A stretch of DNA of 64,000 bases from an uncultured Gemmatimonadaceae bacterium (GTDB lineage Bacteria; Gemmatimonadota; Gemmatimonadetes; Gemmatimonadales; Gemmatimonadaceae): assembly GCA_963781585.1 (NCBI GenBank), contig CAWAGQ010000004.1:96001-160000 (forward strand), given 5' to 3'. This document shows positions 1 to 11,050 of the stretch, one piece after another. Under the pieces are notes generated by a model. It ran no database searches. It saw only the letters and a program-made list of their open reading frames with translations, and had not been told where the DNA came from. Position 1 is the first letter of the stretch; the number at the start of each line of letters is the position of its first letter. Made by a program: the position numbers and the translations under genes.

Positions 1-1
1 C

Positions 2-607
2 ACCTACATCAACGAGATCGATGTCCGCAAGGTCGCGGTGGGACAGCCGGCCGTCGTCACCCTCGACGCCGATCCGTCCAAGCGGCTGGCCGGCACCGTG
101 ACGCAGGTGGCCAACGTCGGCGAGCAGCGGCCTAACGCCGACGCCAAGGTGTTCGAGGTGCACGTGACCATCTCTCATCCCGACACCACGCTGCGCCCCG
201 GCATGACGACCGGGAACGCGATCGAGACCTATTCAGTGCAGGATGCCCTTTCCGTGCCGCTCGAGGCAGTGGTCACCGAAGAAGGCGTGCCCTTCGTGTA
301 CAAGACCCAGGGCTCGGGCGTGGTGAAGCAGGAAGTGGAGACGGGGGTGATGAATGACGACGCGGTCATCATCACGAGCGGCCTTACCGGGAAAGATCGC
401 GTGTTGCTGTCACTTCCGTCGTCGACCTCCGGCATCGAGACGGTCCGGCTCCCCGGACCGGGGAAGACTCCGAAACCCACTGTTGGCGGAGACACCGGAG
501 CGGACCGCCGCGCGGTGCCGCCATCCGATTCAGGCACGAAGGGCGACGCGCCGAAGCCCACTCCCGCCGCCCCGAAGATGCCGCCACCCGCCGTCCGTCC
601 GGGCTGA
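2..607 (+). CDS. Efflux periplasmic adaptor (MacA/HlyD-type), 5'-truncated by window edge
   Basis: Open frame from position 2 (TYINEIDVRKVAVGQPAVVTLDA...LRPGMT...VPLEAV...VETG) matches the MFP beta-barrel and membrane-proximal domains. Pro-rich tail. Confidence 0.85.
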   Translation, partial: TYINEIDVRKVAVGQPAVVTLDADPSKRLAGTVTQVANVGEQRPNADAKVFEVHVTISHPDTTLRPGMTTGNAIETYSVQDALSVPLEAVVTEEGVPFVYKTQGSGVVKQEVETGVMNDDAVIITSGLTGKDRVLLSLPSSTSGIETVRLPGPGKTPKPTVGGDTGADRRAVPPSDSGTKGDAPKPTPAAPKMPPPAVRPG

Positions 608-612
608 TTCCC

Positions 613-2034
613 ATGCGCCTCGACGCGGTCCGCTTTGCGGAACTACGCGCCAAACTCATTGCGCACGTGATTTTCAGCATGCGCACGGCGTTCGAAGCCG
701 TGGCGCACAACAAGCTGCGAGCCGGCCTGACATCGCTGGGCATCCTGTTCGGGGTGGCATCGGTCATCGCGATGCTGGCCATCGGGAAGGGAGCGGAAGC
801 GGAGATCCTCGAACAGATGCGTCTTCTGGGAACGAACAACGTGGTCATCACGCCGCTGGTCGAGCAGAAGGAGGGCGCGGTGAAGGACCAGGATGAAAAG
901 GGCAAGCAGACCAAGCGCGTGTCGCCCGGGCTGACGTATCAGGATGCGGAGGCAATCCCGGCGGTGATCCCGGACGTCGAGACGGTGAGCTCGGAGATCG
1001 TGCTCAACACCACGATCACCCGAGAAGGCAGGAGGCGGTCCGGCAAGGCCGTGGGAGTGGACACGACCTATTTCCGCCTGATGAATCTCGGCCTCAAGAG
1101 CGGCGCGATCTTCTCCGGACTCCAGGTGTCGCGCGGGCTTCCGGTCGCCGTCATCGGCTCTGGGGTGCGCACCCGCTTCTTCACGACCGAGGATCCCATC
1201 GGGAAGCCCATCAAGGTCGGCGATTCGTGGCTCACGGTGGTTGGGGTGCTCGAGGATCGCCACGTGGGCGGCGAGGTGACGCAGCGGCTGGGAATCCGGG
1301 ATCCCAATATGGATGTCTACATGCCCGTGCACACGATGCTGCTGCGCTTCCGCAACCGCGCCCAGTTGACCCAGCGGGACATCGAGGCTGCTGCGAAGGG
1401 GGGCGACGACGGGATGATCATCATTGGTGGTCCTGATCAGACCAGCAACCAGAGCGATGAGCAGCGCGCCGAGCGCACCAATATCAACCAGCTCGACCGC
1501 ATCATTGTGCGGGTGAAGGACTCGCGCACGGTGCCCGCGGTGGCGGGGATCCTGCAGCGGATGCTCCAGCGGCGCCACAACGCGATCATCGATTTCGAGA
1601 TCACCGTTCCCGAGCTGCTGCTGCGCCAGGAGCAGCGGACCAAGACCATTTTCAACGTCGTCCTCGGCGCTATCGCCTCGATCTCGCTGATCGTCGGCGG
1701 CATCGGGATCATGAACATCATGCTGGCGTCGGTCCTCGAACGCATCCGTGAAATCGGTGTGCGTCGTGCGACCGGAGCGACGCAACGCGACATCCTTTTC
1801 CAGTTCCTGAGCGAGGCGGTGATCATCAGTGTTGCGGGCGGCATCGCGGGCATCATCGTCGGCGCCGCGCTGAGCAGCGGGATCGAGCACCTCGCCGGTA
1901 TCAAGACCCTGGTATCGTACGTCTCGATCTTCGTGGCATTTGGTGTGTCGCTGACGGTGGGTCTCGGATTCGGGATCGTGCCCGCGTGGCGCGCCGCGCA
2001 GCAGGATCCGGTCGTCTGCCTTCGCTACGAGTGA
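613..2034 (+). CDS. MacB/FtsX-type ABC transporter permease
   Basis: NKLRAGLTSLGILFGVASVIAM; GGIGIMNIMLASVLERIREIGVRRATGA; C-terminal DPVVCLRYE. Start may be ATG 679. Confidence 0.9.
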   Translation: MRLDAVRFAELRAKLIAHVIFSMRTAFEAVAHNKLRAGLTSLGILFGVASVIAMLAIGKGAEAEILEQMRLLGTNNVVITPLVEQKEGAVKDQDEKGKQTKRVSPGLTYQDAEAIPAVIPDVETVSSEIVLNTTITREGRRRSGKAVGVDTTYFRLMNLGLKSGAIFSGLQVSRGLPVAVIGSGVRTRFFTTEDPIGKPIKVGDSWLTVVGVLEDRHVGGEVTQRLGIRDPNMDVYMPVHTMLLRFRNRAQLTQRDIEAAAKGGDDGMIIIGGPDQTSNQSDEQRAERTNINQLDRIIVRVKDSRTVPAVAGILQRMLQRRHNAIIDFEITVPELLLRQEQRTKTIFNVVLGAIASISLIVGGIGIMNIMLASVLERIREIGVRRATGATQRDILFQFLSEAVIISVAGGIAGIIVGAALSSGIEHLAGIKTLVSYVSIFVAFGVSLTVGLGFGIVPAWRAAQQDPVVCLRYE

Positions 2035-2039
2035 TTCCC

Positions 2040-3500
2040 ATGATGTATTCCGTCGCTCGCGCCGCCCGCCGCGTGGTGGCGCTCGTTATCGCGAGCGCGC
2101 CCGCGCTCGGCTCCCAGCAGCCCCTCACCCTCAAGCAGGCCGTCGAGATGGCGCAGCGGCAGGGGCTCCAGGCGCAGTCGGCGCGCAGCACGCGCGACGC
2201 GGCGCGCGCCCGTGACCACGCGTTCGGCGCGCGCCTGCTGCCCCAGCTCTCCCTGAGCGGGACCGTCCCGTCGTACAACCGCTCCATCATCTCGGCGCCG
2301 CAGCCCGACGGCAGTACCATTTTCGCGCCCCAGCAGCAGACCAATGCGTCGCTCAATCTGAACCTGACGCAGCGGCTCCCGTTTACCGGGGGCGACCTGA
2401 CGGTCTCGTCGGCGCTGGCGCAGCTGCGCGTCACCGGCACGCAGGACCGTCAGACGTGGTCATCCAGCCCGTTCACCATCGGCCTCCGGCAGGACATCCT
2501 GCGGCCCAACACCCTCGCGTGGGACCGCCGAGAGCAGGACGTGCGTCAGGACGAGGCTGAACAGCAGTACCTGGAGGCGCGCGAAGACATCGCGGTCCAG
2601 ACCACGTCTGCCTTCTTCGACCTGTACGCCGCACAAACCCAGTTGAGCAACGCGGTCACCAACGCCGCCGTCAACGACACGCTCTACAAGCTGAACCAGG
2701 GACGCTTCGAGGTGGGGAAGATCGGTGAGAACGATCTGCTGCAGAGCGAGCTGGCGTTGTTGCGGGCCCGCACCACGCTCGACGGGGCGCGACTCGAATA
2801 CGATCGCACGCTGGCAGCGCTGCGCCTCGCGATCAACGTCGGACCGGACACGCCGCTGGAGATTGAAGTCCCCGGCGAGGTGCCGACGTTCGACGCCGAC
2901 ACCGCGCAGGCGGTGCGGGAGGCGATGAAGAACCGCTCGCAGATCACCGACCTGGAACTGCAGGACGTCCAGGCGCGACGGCAGATCTCCCAGGCGAAGC
3001 TGAGCAACAGCGTCGGCGCGACTGTCGTGGCGAGCTACGGGTACAATGCGACCGCGCCAGACATGAATCTCGCCTATCACAATCTGCTGGAGGCGCAGAA
3101 GTTCTCCCTGACCCTGCAGATGCCGCTGGTGCAGTGGGGCGCGCACCACGCGGATGTGGAGGCCGCGCAGGCTGACCGCGAGCGCGTCATCGCCAGCGGC
3201 CGCGCCACGCGCGAGTCGGTGGCGCAGGAGGCCCACTTCGCTGCGCTGCAGCTCTCGCAATCCCGCCGCCAGCTGATCCTCTCGGCCAAGGCCGACACCG
3301 TCGGCGCCAAGCGATTCGAGGTCGCCTACAACCGATACGTCATCGGGCGCATCGCGATCGACAACCTGTACCTCGCCCAGAACGAGAAGGACCAGGCACT
3401 ACTGCAATACGTGCAGTCGCTCCGTGGCTACTGGACGGCGTACTATCGTCTGCGCCGGCTCACGCTGTACGACTTCGAGACGAACACCCAGATTCGCTGA
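2040..3500 (+). CDS. TolC-family outer membrane efflux protein
   Basis: Signal peptide, then LTLKQAVEMA, LLPQLSLSG, RFEVGKIGENDLLQ and RYVIGRI OEP repeats. Confidence 0.88.
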   Translation: MMYSVARAARRVVALVIASAPALGSQQPLTLKQAVEMAQRQGLQAQSARSTRDAARARDHAFGARLLPQLSLSGTVPSYNRSIISAPQPDGSTIFAPQQQTNASLNLNLTQRLPFTGGDLTVSSALAQLRVTGTQDRQTWSSSPFTIGLRQDILRPNTLAWDRREQDVRQDEAEQQYLEAREDIAVQTTSAFFDLYAAQTQLSNAVTNAAVNDTLYKLNQGRFEVGKIGENDLLQSELALLRARTTLDGARLEYDRTLAALRLAINVGPDTPLEIEVPGEVPTFDADTAQAVREAMKNRSQITDLELQDVQARRQISQAKLSNSVGATVVASYGYNATAPDMNLAYHNLLEAQKFSLTLQMPLVQWGAHHADVEAAQADRERVIASGRATRESVAQEAHFAALQLSQSRRQLILSAKADTVGAKRFEVAYNRYVIGRIAIDNLYLAQNEKDQALLQYVQSLRGYWTAYYRLRRLTLYDFETNTQIR

Positions 3501-3576
3501 CCCTGCGTCCGGCGGTGTGTGGGAGGCCTGTCCAGCGGTTCCCGCTCAGGCCGTTCGCCCACCAGCCGGTCTCGGG

Positions 3577-4821
3577 TCACTCGTACCGGAGCGCTTCCAC
3601 GGGATCGAGCCGCGCGGCGCGGCGGGCGGGAATGATGCCGAATGCCACCCCGATGGCGATCGACACGGCCACCGCCACGATCGTCTGGGCCAGGGGCGTG
3701 GGCGCGCGTACCGCGATGAGGGTGCTGAGCAGGCGGCCCAGCGCCAGCCCGGTGGCCACGCCAATGATGCCGCCGATGCCGGTCAGCGTGGCCGCCTCGA
3801 TCAGGAACTGGAGCAGGATGTCACGACGCGAGGCGCCTAACGCCTTGCGCATCCCGATCTCTCGGGTGCGACTGGTGACCGACACCATCATGATCGCCAT
3901 CACGCCGATGCCGCCCACCAGCAGGGCCACCGACGACAGGGACACCATCACCAGGAAGAACGCGCCGGTCAGCTGGCCGAACAGGTCGAGGATCTGGTCC
4001 TGGGTGATCAGGTCGAAGGAGTTCTTGTCCGTGGGTCGCAGATGGCGCATTTCCCGCAGCGCCACCGTCACCGCCTCCTCGGCCGCCGCGACCGTGACGC
4101 CGGGGCGCGGCTTCACCGGAATGAAGAGCCCGTTGGTCTTGTCGACGTCGAATTGCGCATCGAGCATCCGGTACGGCAGGACCGCGCCATTATCCGCCCC
4201 CGGTGGAGTGAAGATGTTCGATTCCGGGGCGTACAGTCCGATGATCTGGGCTGGACGACCACCGACCCGCACCACCCGGCCGAGCGGATCGACGCGACCG
4301 AGAAGTCGCCGGGCATGGGACTCGTCCACCACCACAACGCTTGCACCGCTGCGCAGCTCGGAGCGCGTGAACCAGCGACCCTCCACCAGCTGGCCGCCCA
4401 TGATGTCGGGAAAGTGCTCGTCGGCCCCGGTCACGGTCGTCGGCTGCGACCGCGACCCGGCTACCTCGAGCCGCGCCAGCGTCTGTCCCCACAGGCCGGC
4501 GTACCCGATTTCCGGAAGGGCCGCGATGCGATCGGCCTCGGCCGCCGACAGGTCGGGCCGCACCCGGACCCACTTCGGCAGCGCATCGGGATTGAGCGGC
4601 GTTTGCGAGAACACCTTCATCACGTAGAAGGTGGTGGGACCGGCTACCGCGATGGTGTTCACGATCTGCTGCTGCAGTCCGTTCACGATCGTCGCCATTG
4701 CCATGACCGTGCTGATGCCGATCACGACCCCGAGGATCGTCAGGGACGACCGCAACTTGCTGACCCGCAGCGTCTCCAGCGCGATGCCCAGGTTCTCGTG
4801 GATCTGGTCGAGGAGCTTCAT
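3577..4821 (-). CDS. MacB-type ABC transporter permease
   Basis: KLRSSLTILGVVIG...GGIGVMAIMMVSVTSRTREIGMRKALGA...LDPVEALRYE; ATG 4821. Confidence 0.9.
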   Translation of the reverse strand: MKLLDQIHENLGIALETLRVSKLRSSLTILGVVIGISTVMAMATIVNGLQQQIVNTIAVAGPTTFYVMKVFSQTPLNPDALPKWVRVRPDLSAAEADRIAALPEIGYAGLWGQTLARLEVAGSRSQPTTVTGADEHFPDIMGGQLVEGRWFTRSELRSGASVVVVDESHARRLLGRVDPLGRVVRVGGRPAQIIGLYAPESNIFTPPGADNGAVLPYRMLDAQFDVDKTNGLFIPVKPRPGVTVAAAEEAVTVALREMRHLRPTDKNSFDLITQDQILDLFGQLTGAFFLVMVSLSSVALLVGGIGVMAIMMVSVTSRTREIGMRKALGASRRDILLQFLIEAATLTGIGGIIGVATGLALGRLLSTLIAVRAPTPLAQTIVAVAVSIAIGVAFGIIPARRAARLDPVEALRYE

Positions 4822-4837
4822 CGGGCGCCCACGGCGG

Positions 4838-6079
4838 TCAGTCGGGCCGCATCGCCGCAACCGGATCGAGGCGGGCGGCGCGTCGTGCCGGGTAGACCCC
4901 GAACAGGATGCCAACACCCGCACCTAACGTGAGGGCCAGTCCGATGGACCACCACGTGACCCGGGCAGGAAGGGGCGAGGCGACGGCGATCAGCCGCGCC
5001 AGCGCCCACCCCCAGAACACGCCCAGCAGGCCGCCGAGGAGTGCCAGCGCGATCGCTTCGGCGAGGAACTGCCGTTCGATGTCGCGGGCGCGCGCGCCCA
5101 CGGCCTTGCGAATCCCGATCTCGTGGGTGCGCTCGCTCACCGACATCAACATGATGTTCATGATCACGATTCCTCCAACCACGATCCCGATACCGACCAC
5201 GGCCGGCACCACCGCAAACAGCACCCGGGTCAGAGTCTTCCAGAAGGACACCAGCGCGTCCGCGGTCTCGATAGAAAAATCGTTCTCCTGGGTCGGCCGC
5301 AGTCCGTGCGCCACCCGCATCGCTTCTTCGGCACGCTGCATCGCCGGCGCCACGTCGCTCGCGGTCGCCACCTTCACGGAAATGGTGGTGGTCGCCCGTC
5401 GCCCGTACAGCATCTCGAAGCGCGTGATGGGCATCATGACGAACGCGTCGAACGACTGTCCGAGCACGCGGCCCTTGCGCTGATTCACTCCCACGATCGT
5501 GAAGCGCTCCCCCAGAATGCGCACGTCGTGCCCCACCGCGTCGACTGTTTCGAACAGGTCCTGGGCGATCTGGGCGCCCACGACGATCACCGGCCGCCGC
5601 TCCTGCACATCCAGGGCGGTGAGTGGTCGTCCCCGGTCGATGCGGTAGTCCTGCACGATCTGGTATGGCGCCGTCACCCCGAAGATGGGCACATCGCCCA
5701 GCGTTCGGTCTCCCCACACCACATCCGCCTGCGGTGTGGGCCAGCCGGACTGGAGGCTCACGGCGTCCGCGTCGGGAAGGGCATCGATGATGACGCCGGC
5801 GTCGCGCGCGCTGATCTTTGGACGGCGCTGCGCGCGCCGCCATTCGTCATCGCTCAGCCGCGCAAAGTTGATCGGTGTGCGCCGGATCTGAAACGCGTTC
5901 GCCCCGATCACCGCCCCCGCGATGTTCTCCCGGACGTACGCGTTGAGGCCCTGGATGATCGCCACCACGGCGACCAGGAACGTCACGGAAACGATGATGC
6001 CGAGCAGCGTGAAGAAGGAACGCAGCTTGTTGGCTCGGATCTGCCCGATGGCAGTGGCGATGACGTCCTGAAAGCGCAC
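4838..6079 (-). CDS. MacB-type ABC transporter permease
   Basis: NKLRSFFTLLGIIV...GGIVIMNIMLMSVSERTHEIGIRKAVGA...LDPVAAMR; GTG start 6079. Confidence 0.9.
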   Translation of the reverse strand: MRFQDVIATAIGQIRANKLRSFFTLLGIIVSVTFLVAVVAIIQGLNAYVRENIAGAVIGANAFQIRRTPINFARLSDDEWRRAQRRPKISARDAGVIIDALPDADAVSLQSGWPTPQADVVWGDRTLGDVPIFGVTAPYQIVQDYRIDRGRPLTALDVQERRPVIVVGAQIAQDLFETVDAVGHDVRILGERFTIVGVNQRKGRVLGQSFDAFVMMPITRFEMLYGRRATTTISVKVATASDVAPAMQRAEEAMRVAHGLRPTQENDFSIETADALVSFWKTLTRVLFAVVPAVVGIGIVVGGIVIMNIMLMSVSERTHEIGIRKAVGARARDIERQFLAEAIALALLGGLLGVFWGWALARLIAVASPLPARVTWWSIGLALTLGAGVGILFGVYPARRAARLDPVAAMRPD

Positions 6080-6192
6080 GGATGATCGATCTGGCCGCGG
6101 GCGGGATTCGCTGCGAAAACGGCGTTGTGAATGCTTCCCTGGGCGACCGGCCAATTCAAGTCGAGTCGCTCAACCGGTCATCCCGCTTCCGC

Positions 6193-6260
6193 TGGCCGCT
6201 GGCCTCCGGCCTCCGGCCTCTGGCCTCTGGCCTCGGCCTCCGGCCTCTGGCCTCCGGCCT
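6193..6260. repeat. Tandem 7-bp repeat array (YGGCCTC, about 10 units)
   Basis: tggccgc tggcctc cggcctc cggcctc tggcctc tggcctc ggcctc cggcctc tggcctc cggcct, abutting the stop codon at 6261. Confidence 0.9.
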
Positions 6261-7526
6261 TTACTCGTACCTCAACGCCTCCACCGGATCGAGCTTCGCC
6301 GCGCGCGCGGCCGGGGCCATGCCGAACAGGATCCCGGTGAGCGCACTGGCCACCAGGGCCGCAACCACCGCCGCTGGCGGCACCGCCGCTGGAATAGAGG
6401 TGGAGTTCCGGATCAGCAGCGCGATCAAGGCACCAATGCCGAGCCCGATCGATGCCCCCACACTGGTCAGCGTGGCGGCTTCGACCAGGAACTGCCAGAG
6501 AATCGTGCCTCGCGTGGCGCCAAGCGCCTTGCGCACGCCGATCTCACGCGTTCGCTCGGTGACCGAGATCATCATGATCGCGACCACTCCGACCCCCCCA
6601 ACCAGAAGTCCCACGCCGGACAGTGCCAAGCCCACCAGGAAAATGGCTCCGAAAATCTGATTGAACACGTCGAGGATCCGGTCCTCGCCCACCACATAGA
6701 AGTTGTTGCGTTGCGAGGGGCGCAGCCCGCGGTGCGACCGCATGACCGCCGTCACTTCGTCCATGACTTCGTCTCGCTCCATCCCGGCACGCGGCTTCAC
6801 CGTGATCAACATGAATCGCACGTCCGCGCTGAGGTGCCTGCGAGCCGCCTCTGCCGAGAAGATCGCCTTCGGCCGGTCGGGACCGCGCCCGTCGAGCGAC
6901 TTGAGGAACCCAGCCGTGGTCTGATACACGCCAATGACCGTGAATTGCATCTTGTCGATCTGGACTTCCTTCCCGATCGGATCAGACGCCCCGAACAGCT
7001 GCTTGGCAAGCGTGTCGTTGAGAATCACAACCGGAGCCGCGGACGTGTTCTCCTGCTCGGTGAAGTTGCGTCCGGGCCGGATGTCGCCGCCGTCCGTCTC
7101 CAGCCACTGCGGTCCGTAGGCCTCGTAGTTCACCGACGACAGCAGATGCTCGCGGTACTTCACCGAGACGGAACCGAACATCCACGGCACCGCCGCCTTC
7201 ACCGACGGGATCGTGTTGATCAGCCGCCATTCGTCGAGGGTCACGGGCGGATTGCGCCGGTCGGGGCACGTCTCGTCAGTGCCATCGCAGGTATTGATGC
7301 CAACCCCGCGCCGGCGCACCATGAACGTGTTGGCGCCGAGTTGGTCCAGATCGGAGTGAAAGCTCGCATTGATTCCGTGGATGGTGGCGCCCATCGCCAC
7401 CACCACGAACACGCCCACCGCGACCCCCATGATGGTGAGGGCGGCGCGAACCTTGTTCGATCGAATCGCGTCGATCGCGATGACAACGCCTTCCAGCGTG
7501 GCGAGCAGACGAGACTGGATCTGCAT
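6261..7526 (-). CDS. MacB-type ABC transporter permease
   Basis: NKVRAALTIMGVAVG...GGVGVVAIMMISVTERTREIGVRKALGA...LDPVEALRYE; ATG 7526. Confidence 0.9.
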   Translation of the reverse strand: MQIQSRLLATLEGVVIAIDAIRSNKVRAALTIMGVAVGVFVVVAMGATIHGINASFHSDLDQLGANTFMVRRRGVGINTCDGTDETCPDRRNPPVTLDEWRLINTIPSVKAAVPWMFGSVSVKYREHLLSSVNYEAYGPQWLETDGGDIRPGRNFTEQENTSAAPVVILNDTLAKQLFGASDPIGKEVQIDKMQFTVIGVYQTTAGFLKSLDGRGPDRPKAIFSAEAARRHLSADVRFMLITVKPRAGMERDEVMDEVTAVMRSHRGLRPSQRNNFYVVGEDRILDVFNQIFGAIFLVGLALSGVGLLVGGVGVVAIMMISVTERTREIGVRKALGATRGTILWQFLVEAATLTSVGASIGLGIGALIALLIRNSTSIPAAVPPAAVVAALVASALTGILFGMAPAARAAKLDPVEALRYE

Positions 7527-7530
7527 GTCG

Positions 7531-8772
7531 CTATTCCTGCCGGAGTGCGGTGATCGGATCGAGCCGAGCCGCACGACTGGCGGGATACAGTCCGGCCGCG
7601 ATACCGACGCCCGCGCCGACGATCACTGCCGCCACGATCGACCACGGCGCGACCGACGCCGGCAGCGGCGTTACTGCCGCCACCACCTTCGCCATGGCGA
7701 TGCCGAGCGAGATCCCGATCAGGGCGCCGATGACGCTCAGCGTGGCCGCCTCCACCAGGAACTGTCCGAGAATGTCCCGCCGCCGCGCGCCGATGGCTTT
7801 GCGGATCCCGATTTCGCGGGTGCGCTCGGCCACCGCCACCAGCATGATGTTCATGATCACCATCGCGCCGACCACCAGGCCGATCGCCGGGAGTGCCGTC
7901 CCGAAGGCGATGAGCCGATTCCGCAGTCCAGCAAAGAAGGACAGCGCGGCCTCTGAAGTTTCGAGGACGAAGTTGTCCGGTTGTGACGGAGCGAGGCCCC
8001 GGATGCCCCGCATTACGCCCCTGGCCTCCTCCATGGCGTCGGCGAGCACCTCCTCGCCGGGAGCCTGTACCAGCAATCCGTCGATGTCTCCGCGCGGATT
8101 CGTGAGGCGCGAGATGGAGGAAGTGTAGGGGGCAATGGCCAGGCGATCGAGCGAGAAGCCGAATACGGATCCCTGTTTCTCGATCACGCCGATGATCTGA
8201 TAGGGCACACCGCCAATTCGCAGCTCGCGCCCGACGGGATCGAGTCCCGGAAAGAAGTACTGGGCCACCTCCGTTCCCACGACCAGAACCTTCGACCCGA
8301 GCTGCGTCTCCTGCGGCGTGAAAACGCGGCCGCTGGAAAGGTCGTACCGCTTGATCTGGAAGTACGCCGCCTCGCTCCCGATGGCCATTACTTGGCGGGG
8401 ACGGCTGAATGGGGAGGTGGCATACAGGAACCGGATGTTCTCCACCGCCGAACGGGCGCCGGCCGGCAGCACGTCCCGCACCTGGCTGGCTTCCGTCTGA
8501 TAAAGGCGAGGTCGGCGCATCCATTCGCGCCAGGTGGCCTGGCTCACGTCGCCAATCTGCATGTCCGGGAGCCGCCGGAGCGTGAACGTGTTCACGCCGA
8601 GGATGCGCGCGGCAAACTCGTCCGTCATGTACCGGTTCATTCCCTCGACCACCGAAACAACCGCGATGAGGAACATCACGCCGATCACAACCCCGAGCAG
8701 CGTGAAGAAGCTCTTGAGCTTCTGGACGCGGATTTGCGACAGCGCGAGGCGGATGGCTTCGAGAAAGGACAT
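7531..8772 (-). CDS. MacB-type ABC transporter permease
   Basis: QKLKSFFTLLGVVIG...VIMNIMLVAVAERTREIGIRKAIGA...LDPITALRQE. Confidence 0.9.
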   Translation of the reverse strand: MSFLEAIRLALSQIRVQKLKSFFTLLGVVIGVMFLIAVVSVVEGMNRYMTDEFAARILGVNTFTLRRLPDMQIGDVSQATWREWMRRPRLYQTEASQVRDVLPAGARSAVENIRFLYATSPFSRPRQVMAIGSEAAYFQIKRYDLSSGRVFTPQETQLGSKVLVVGTEVAQYFFPGLDPVGRELRIGGVPYQIIGVIEKQGSVFGFSLDRLAIAPYTSSISRLTNPRGDIDGLLVQAPGEEVLADAMEEARGVMRGIRGLAPSQPDNFVLETSEAALSFFAGLRNRLIAFGTALPAIGLVVGAMVIMNIMLVAVAERTREIGIRKAIGARRRDILGQFLVEAATLSVIGALIGISLGIAMAKVVAAVTPLPASVAPWSIVAAVIVGAGVGIAAGLYPASRAARLDPITALRQE

Positions 8773-8936
8773 GAATCAGCGCGCGAAGCGCCGAGGGGAA
8801 ACGAGGAGATTCACGAAACGGCGGCGGCGCTTCCTGTACGGACGGCGCCACCGGGGAGTTTCAGACAGCAAGGACCGTCGGCGATCACCGACGGTCCTTG
8901 CCCGGCTGGGCAGCGCAAGGACTCCGGCCAGTGTCG

Positions 8937-9758
8937 CTAGTGCGCAAATCCTGACTGCGCCGCAAGCGCACCTCGGCGATCATCACTGGCGATGACGCCG
9001 TCACGCAGGACCACGACGCGTCGCGCGTGAGCCGCGATGTCGGCCTCGTGCGTCACCATGATCACCGTCTGTCCCTGCTGCGCGAGTTCCTCGAAGACGT
9101 TCATGATTTCGCTCGAAGTCGCCGAGTCGAGATTCCCCGTGGGTTCGTCCGCCAGCAGGATGGATGGATTGTTCACCAGCGCCCGGGCAATTGCCACGCG
9201 CTGCCGCTGTCCGCCCGACAGCTCGTTAGGTCGGTGCATCATGCGGTCCTTGAGCTGTACCCGCTCGAGCGCCTCCATGGCCCGCTTCTTCCGGTCGGAG
9301 GACGACATGCCCGCGTAGACCAGCGGCAATTCCACGTTGTGCAAGGCCGTGGCCCGCGGCAACAGGTTGAACGTCTGGAAGACGAACCCGATCTCCTTGT
9401 TCCGCACCCGGGCCAGGGCGTTATCGCTCATGCTCGAAACGAGCTGGCCATTCAGCCAGTACTCGCCGTCGGTTGGCGTGTCGAGGCAACCGATGAGATT
9501 CATCAGCGTGGACTTGCCCGAGCCCGACGGGCCCATGATCGCCAGGTACTCATTGCGCCGTACTGCCAGATCCACGCCGCGCAGAGCGTGCACAACCTCG
9601 CCGCCCATGTCGTAGTCCCGACTCAGGCCGCGCGTCACGATGATCCAGTCCTTGCCGGGCGCGACGCCGTGACTGCCGGTCACGGCGATGCGTTCGGCGG
9701 TCGTGCTCATGCCCGGCTCGTCGGTCGCCACCCCGGGTTCGCTGAAAGTGTCAGTCAC
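8937..9758 (-). CDS. ABC transporter ATP-binding protein (MacB/LolD type)
   Basis: Walker A GPSGSGKS, signature LSGGQRQR, Walker [13 protein letters not shown]-loop VTH. Start is GTG 9758 or ATG 9710. Confidence 0.93.
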   Translation of the reverse strand: MTDTFSEPGVATDEPGMSTTAERIAVTGSHGVAPGKDWIIVTRGLSRDYDMGGEVVHALRGVDLAVRRNEYLAIMGPSGSGKSTLMNLIGCLDTPTDGEYWLNGQLVSSMSDNALARVRNKEIGFVFQTFNLLPRATALHNVELPLVYAGMSSSDRKKRAMEALERVQLKDRMMHRPNELSGGQRQRVAIARALVNNPSILLADEPTGNLDSATSSEIMNVFEELAQQGQTVIMVTHEADIAAHARRVVVLRDGVIASDDRRGALAAQSGFAH

Positions 9759-11035
9759 TTGGTGTCCTTGTTCTTGGCGTCCTTGTTCACCGCCTCACGG
9801 ACCAGTATCCCGTCTTTGAGCTCACGGATCGCCTGGTACGTCCCACCCACGATACGCTCGCCATCCTTGAGCCCCGACACGACCTCGAAATACCTGTCCC
9901 CCGCAATCCCTACCTTTACGGCCCGGAAGGTCACTTTGTTGTCCGTGCCAACCACAAAAACGCCTTCGACGTCCCGCTTTCCGACCTCCTTGACCGGGGC
10001 GCGGCCCATTGTGACTGCCGAATCGGCGGTCTTGAGCGCCTCGTTCTCGCGCACGGTCAAAGCGATGATCGGAATGGACAGAACCTGCTTTCGATTGTCC
10101 GTCACGATCTTGGCGGTGGCAGAGAAGTCCGGGCGCGTCTCGGGGGGCGCATTGAGCAACTGCACCTTCACTTCGTAGTCCACCGCCTGTTCCGTATTCG
10201 AGCCGGTCGTCGAAGCGCCGCGCACCGAGCTGTTCGAGATCTCCACTACCTTCCCGCGGAACGTGGTGTCGGGGAACGCGTCGATCTGCACGACCGCCGA
10301 GTCGCCGAGCGAGATGCGGGCCACGTCGGTTTCATCGACCTTCACCTTGGTCTCGAGCACGCTCATGTCGCTGATCGTGAGCAGCGTGGCGGCATCCTTG
10401 TTGAAGGTCCCGGGAACGGCCGTCTCGCCCTGCTCCACTGCCAGCCGGGTGATACGACCGCTCATCGGCGCCAGAATGGTCGTTTTCGCCAGGCTGCTCT
10501 TGGAATCGCTCAGCGACGCGTTGGCCTGGTCCACGTTGTGGTTGGCCGACTCGAGCAGCGCCTGATTCACCTCGGCCTGCGTCTTCAGCTGCTCGAGGCT
10601 CTCGTCCGAAACGAGCTGCGCGTTCGCCTTCCGGATCTCGAGACTGCGGTCGTAGTTGCGCTGCGCCTGGATGGAGTTGGCCCGCGCCTGCGCGGCCTGC
10701 GCCTTGGCCGCTGAGAGCCCGGCTTCGGCGCGTTGCACGGCTGCTTCGTATGAGGCGGGGTCGATGCGCAGGAGGAAGTCGCCCTTGTTCACCCACTGGC
10801 CTTCTTTCACCGCGAGCTGGGTGATGCGGCCGCTGATGTCGGCAGCCACGTCGACCTTGGTGCGCGGCTGCACCTGGCCACTGGCCGTGACCGAGGCCAC
10901 GAGGTCGCGCTTCTCCACCGGCTCCACACGGACCTCCACCCCCTTGTTTCCACGCTTGGCCGCTGTGGTCGCGAATATCGCGCCGCCGCCCAGCAAGGCC
11001 ACGCCAATCAATGACCACTTGAGCTTCTTGCTCAT
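9755..11035 (-). CDS. Efflux periplasmic adaptor subunit (MacA type)
   Basis: N-terminal anchor, lipoyl motifs ([29 protein letters not shown]), coiled hairpin, VDETDVARI. Confidence 0.92.
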   Translation of the reverse strand: MSKKLKWSLIGVALLGGGAIFATTAAKRGNKGVEVRVEPVEKRDLVASVTASGQVQPRTKVDVAADISGRITQLAVKEGQWVNKGDFLLRIDPASYEAAVQRAEAGLSAAKAQAAQARANSIQAQRNYDRSLEIRKANAQLVSDESLEQLKTQAEVNQALLESANHNVDQANASLSDSKSSLAKTTILAPMSGRITRLAVEQGETAVPGTFNKDAATLLTISDMSVLETKVKVDETDVARISLGDSAVVQIDAFPDTTFRGKVVEISNSSVRGASTTGSNTEQAVDYEVKVQLLNAPPETRPDFSATAKIVTDNRKQVLSIPIIALTVRENEALKTADSAVTMGRAPVKEVGKRDVEGVFVVGTDNKVTFRAVKVGIAGDRYFEVVSGLKDGERIVGGTYQAIRELKDGILVREAVNKDAKNKDTK

Positions 11036-11050
11036 CGCATTCCGTCCCGG

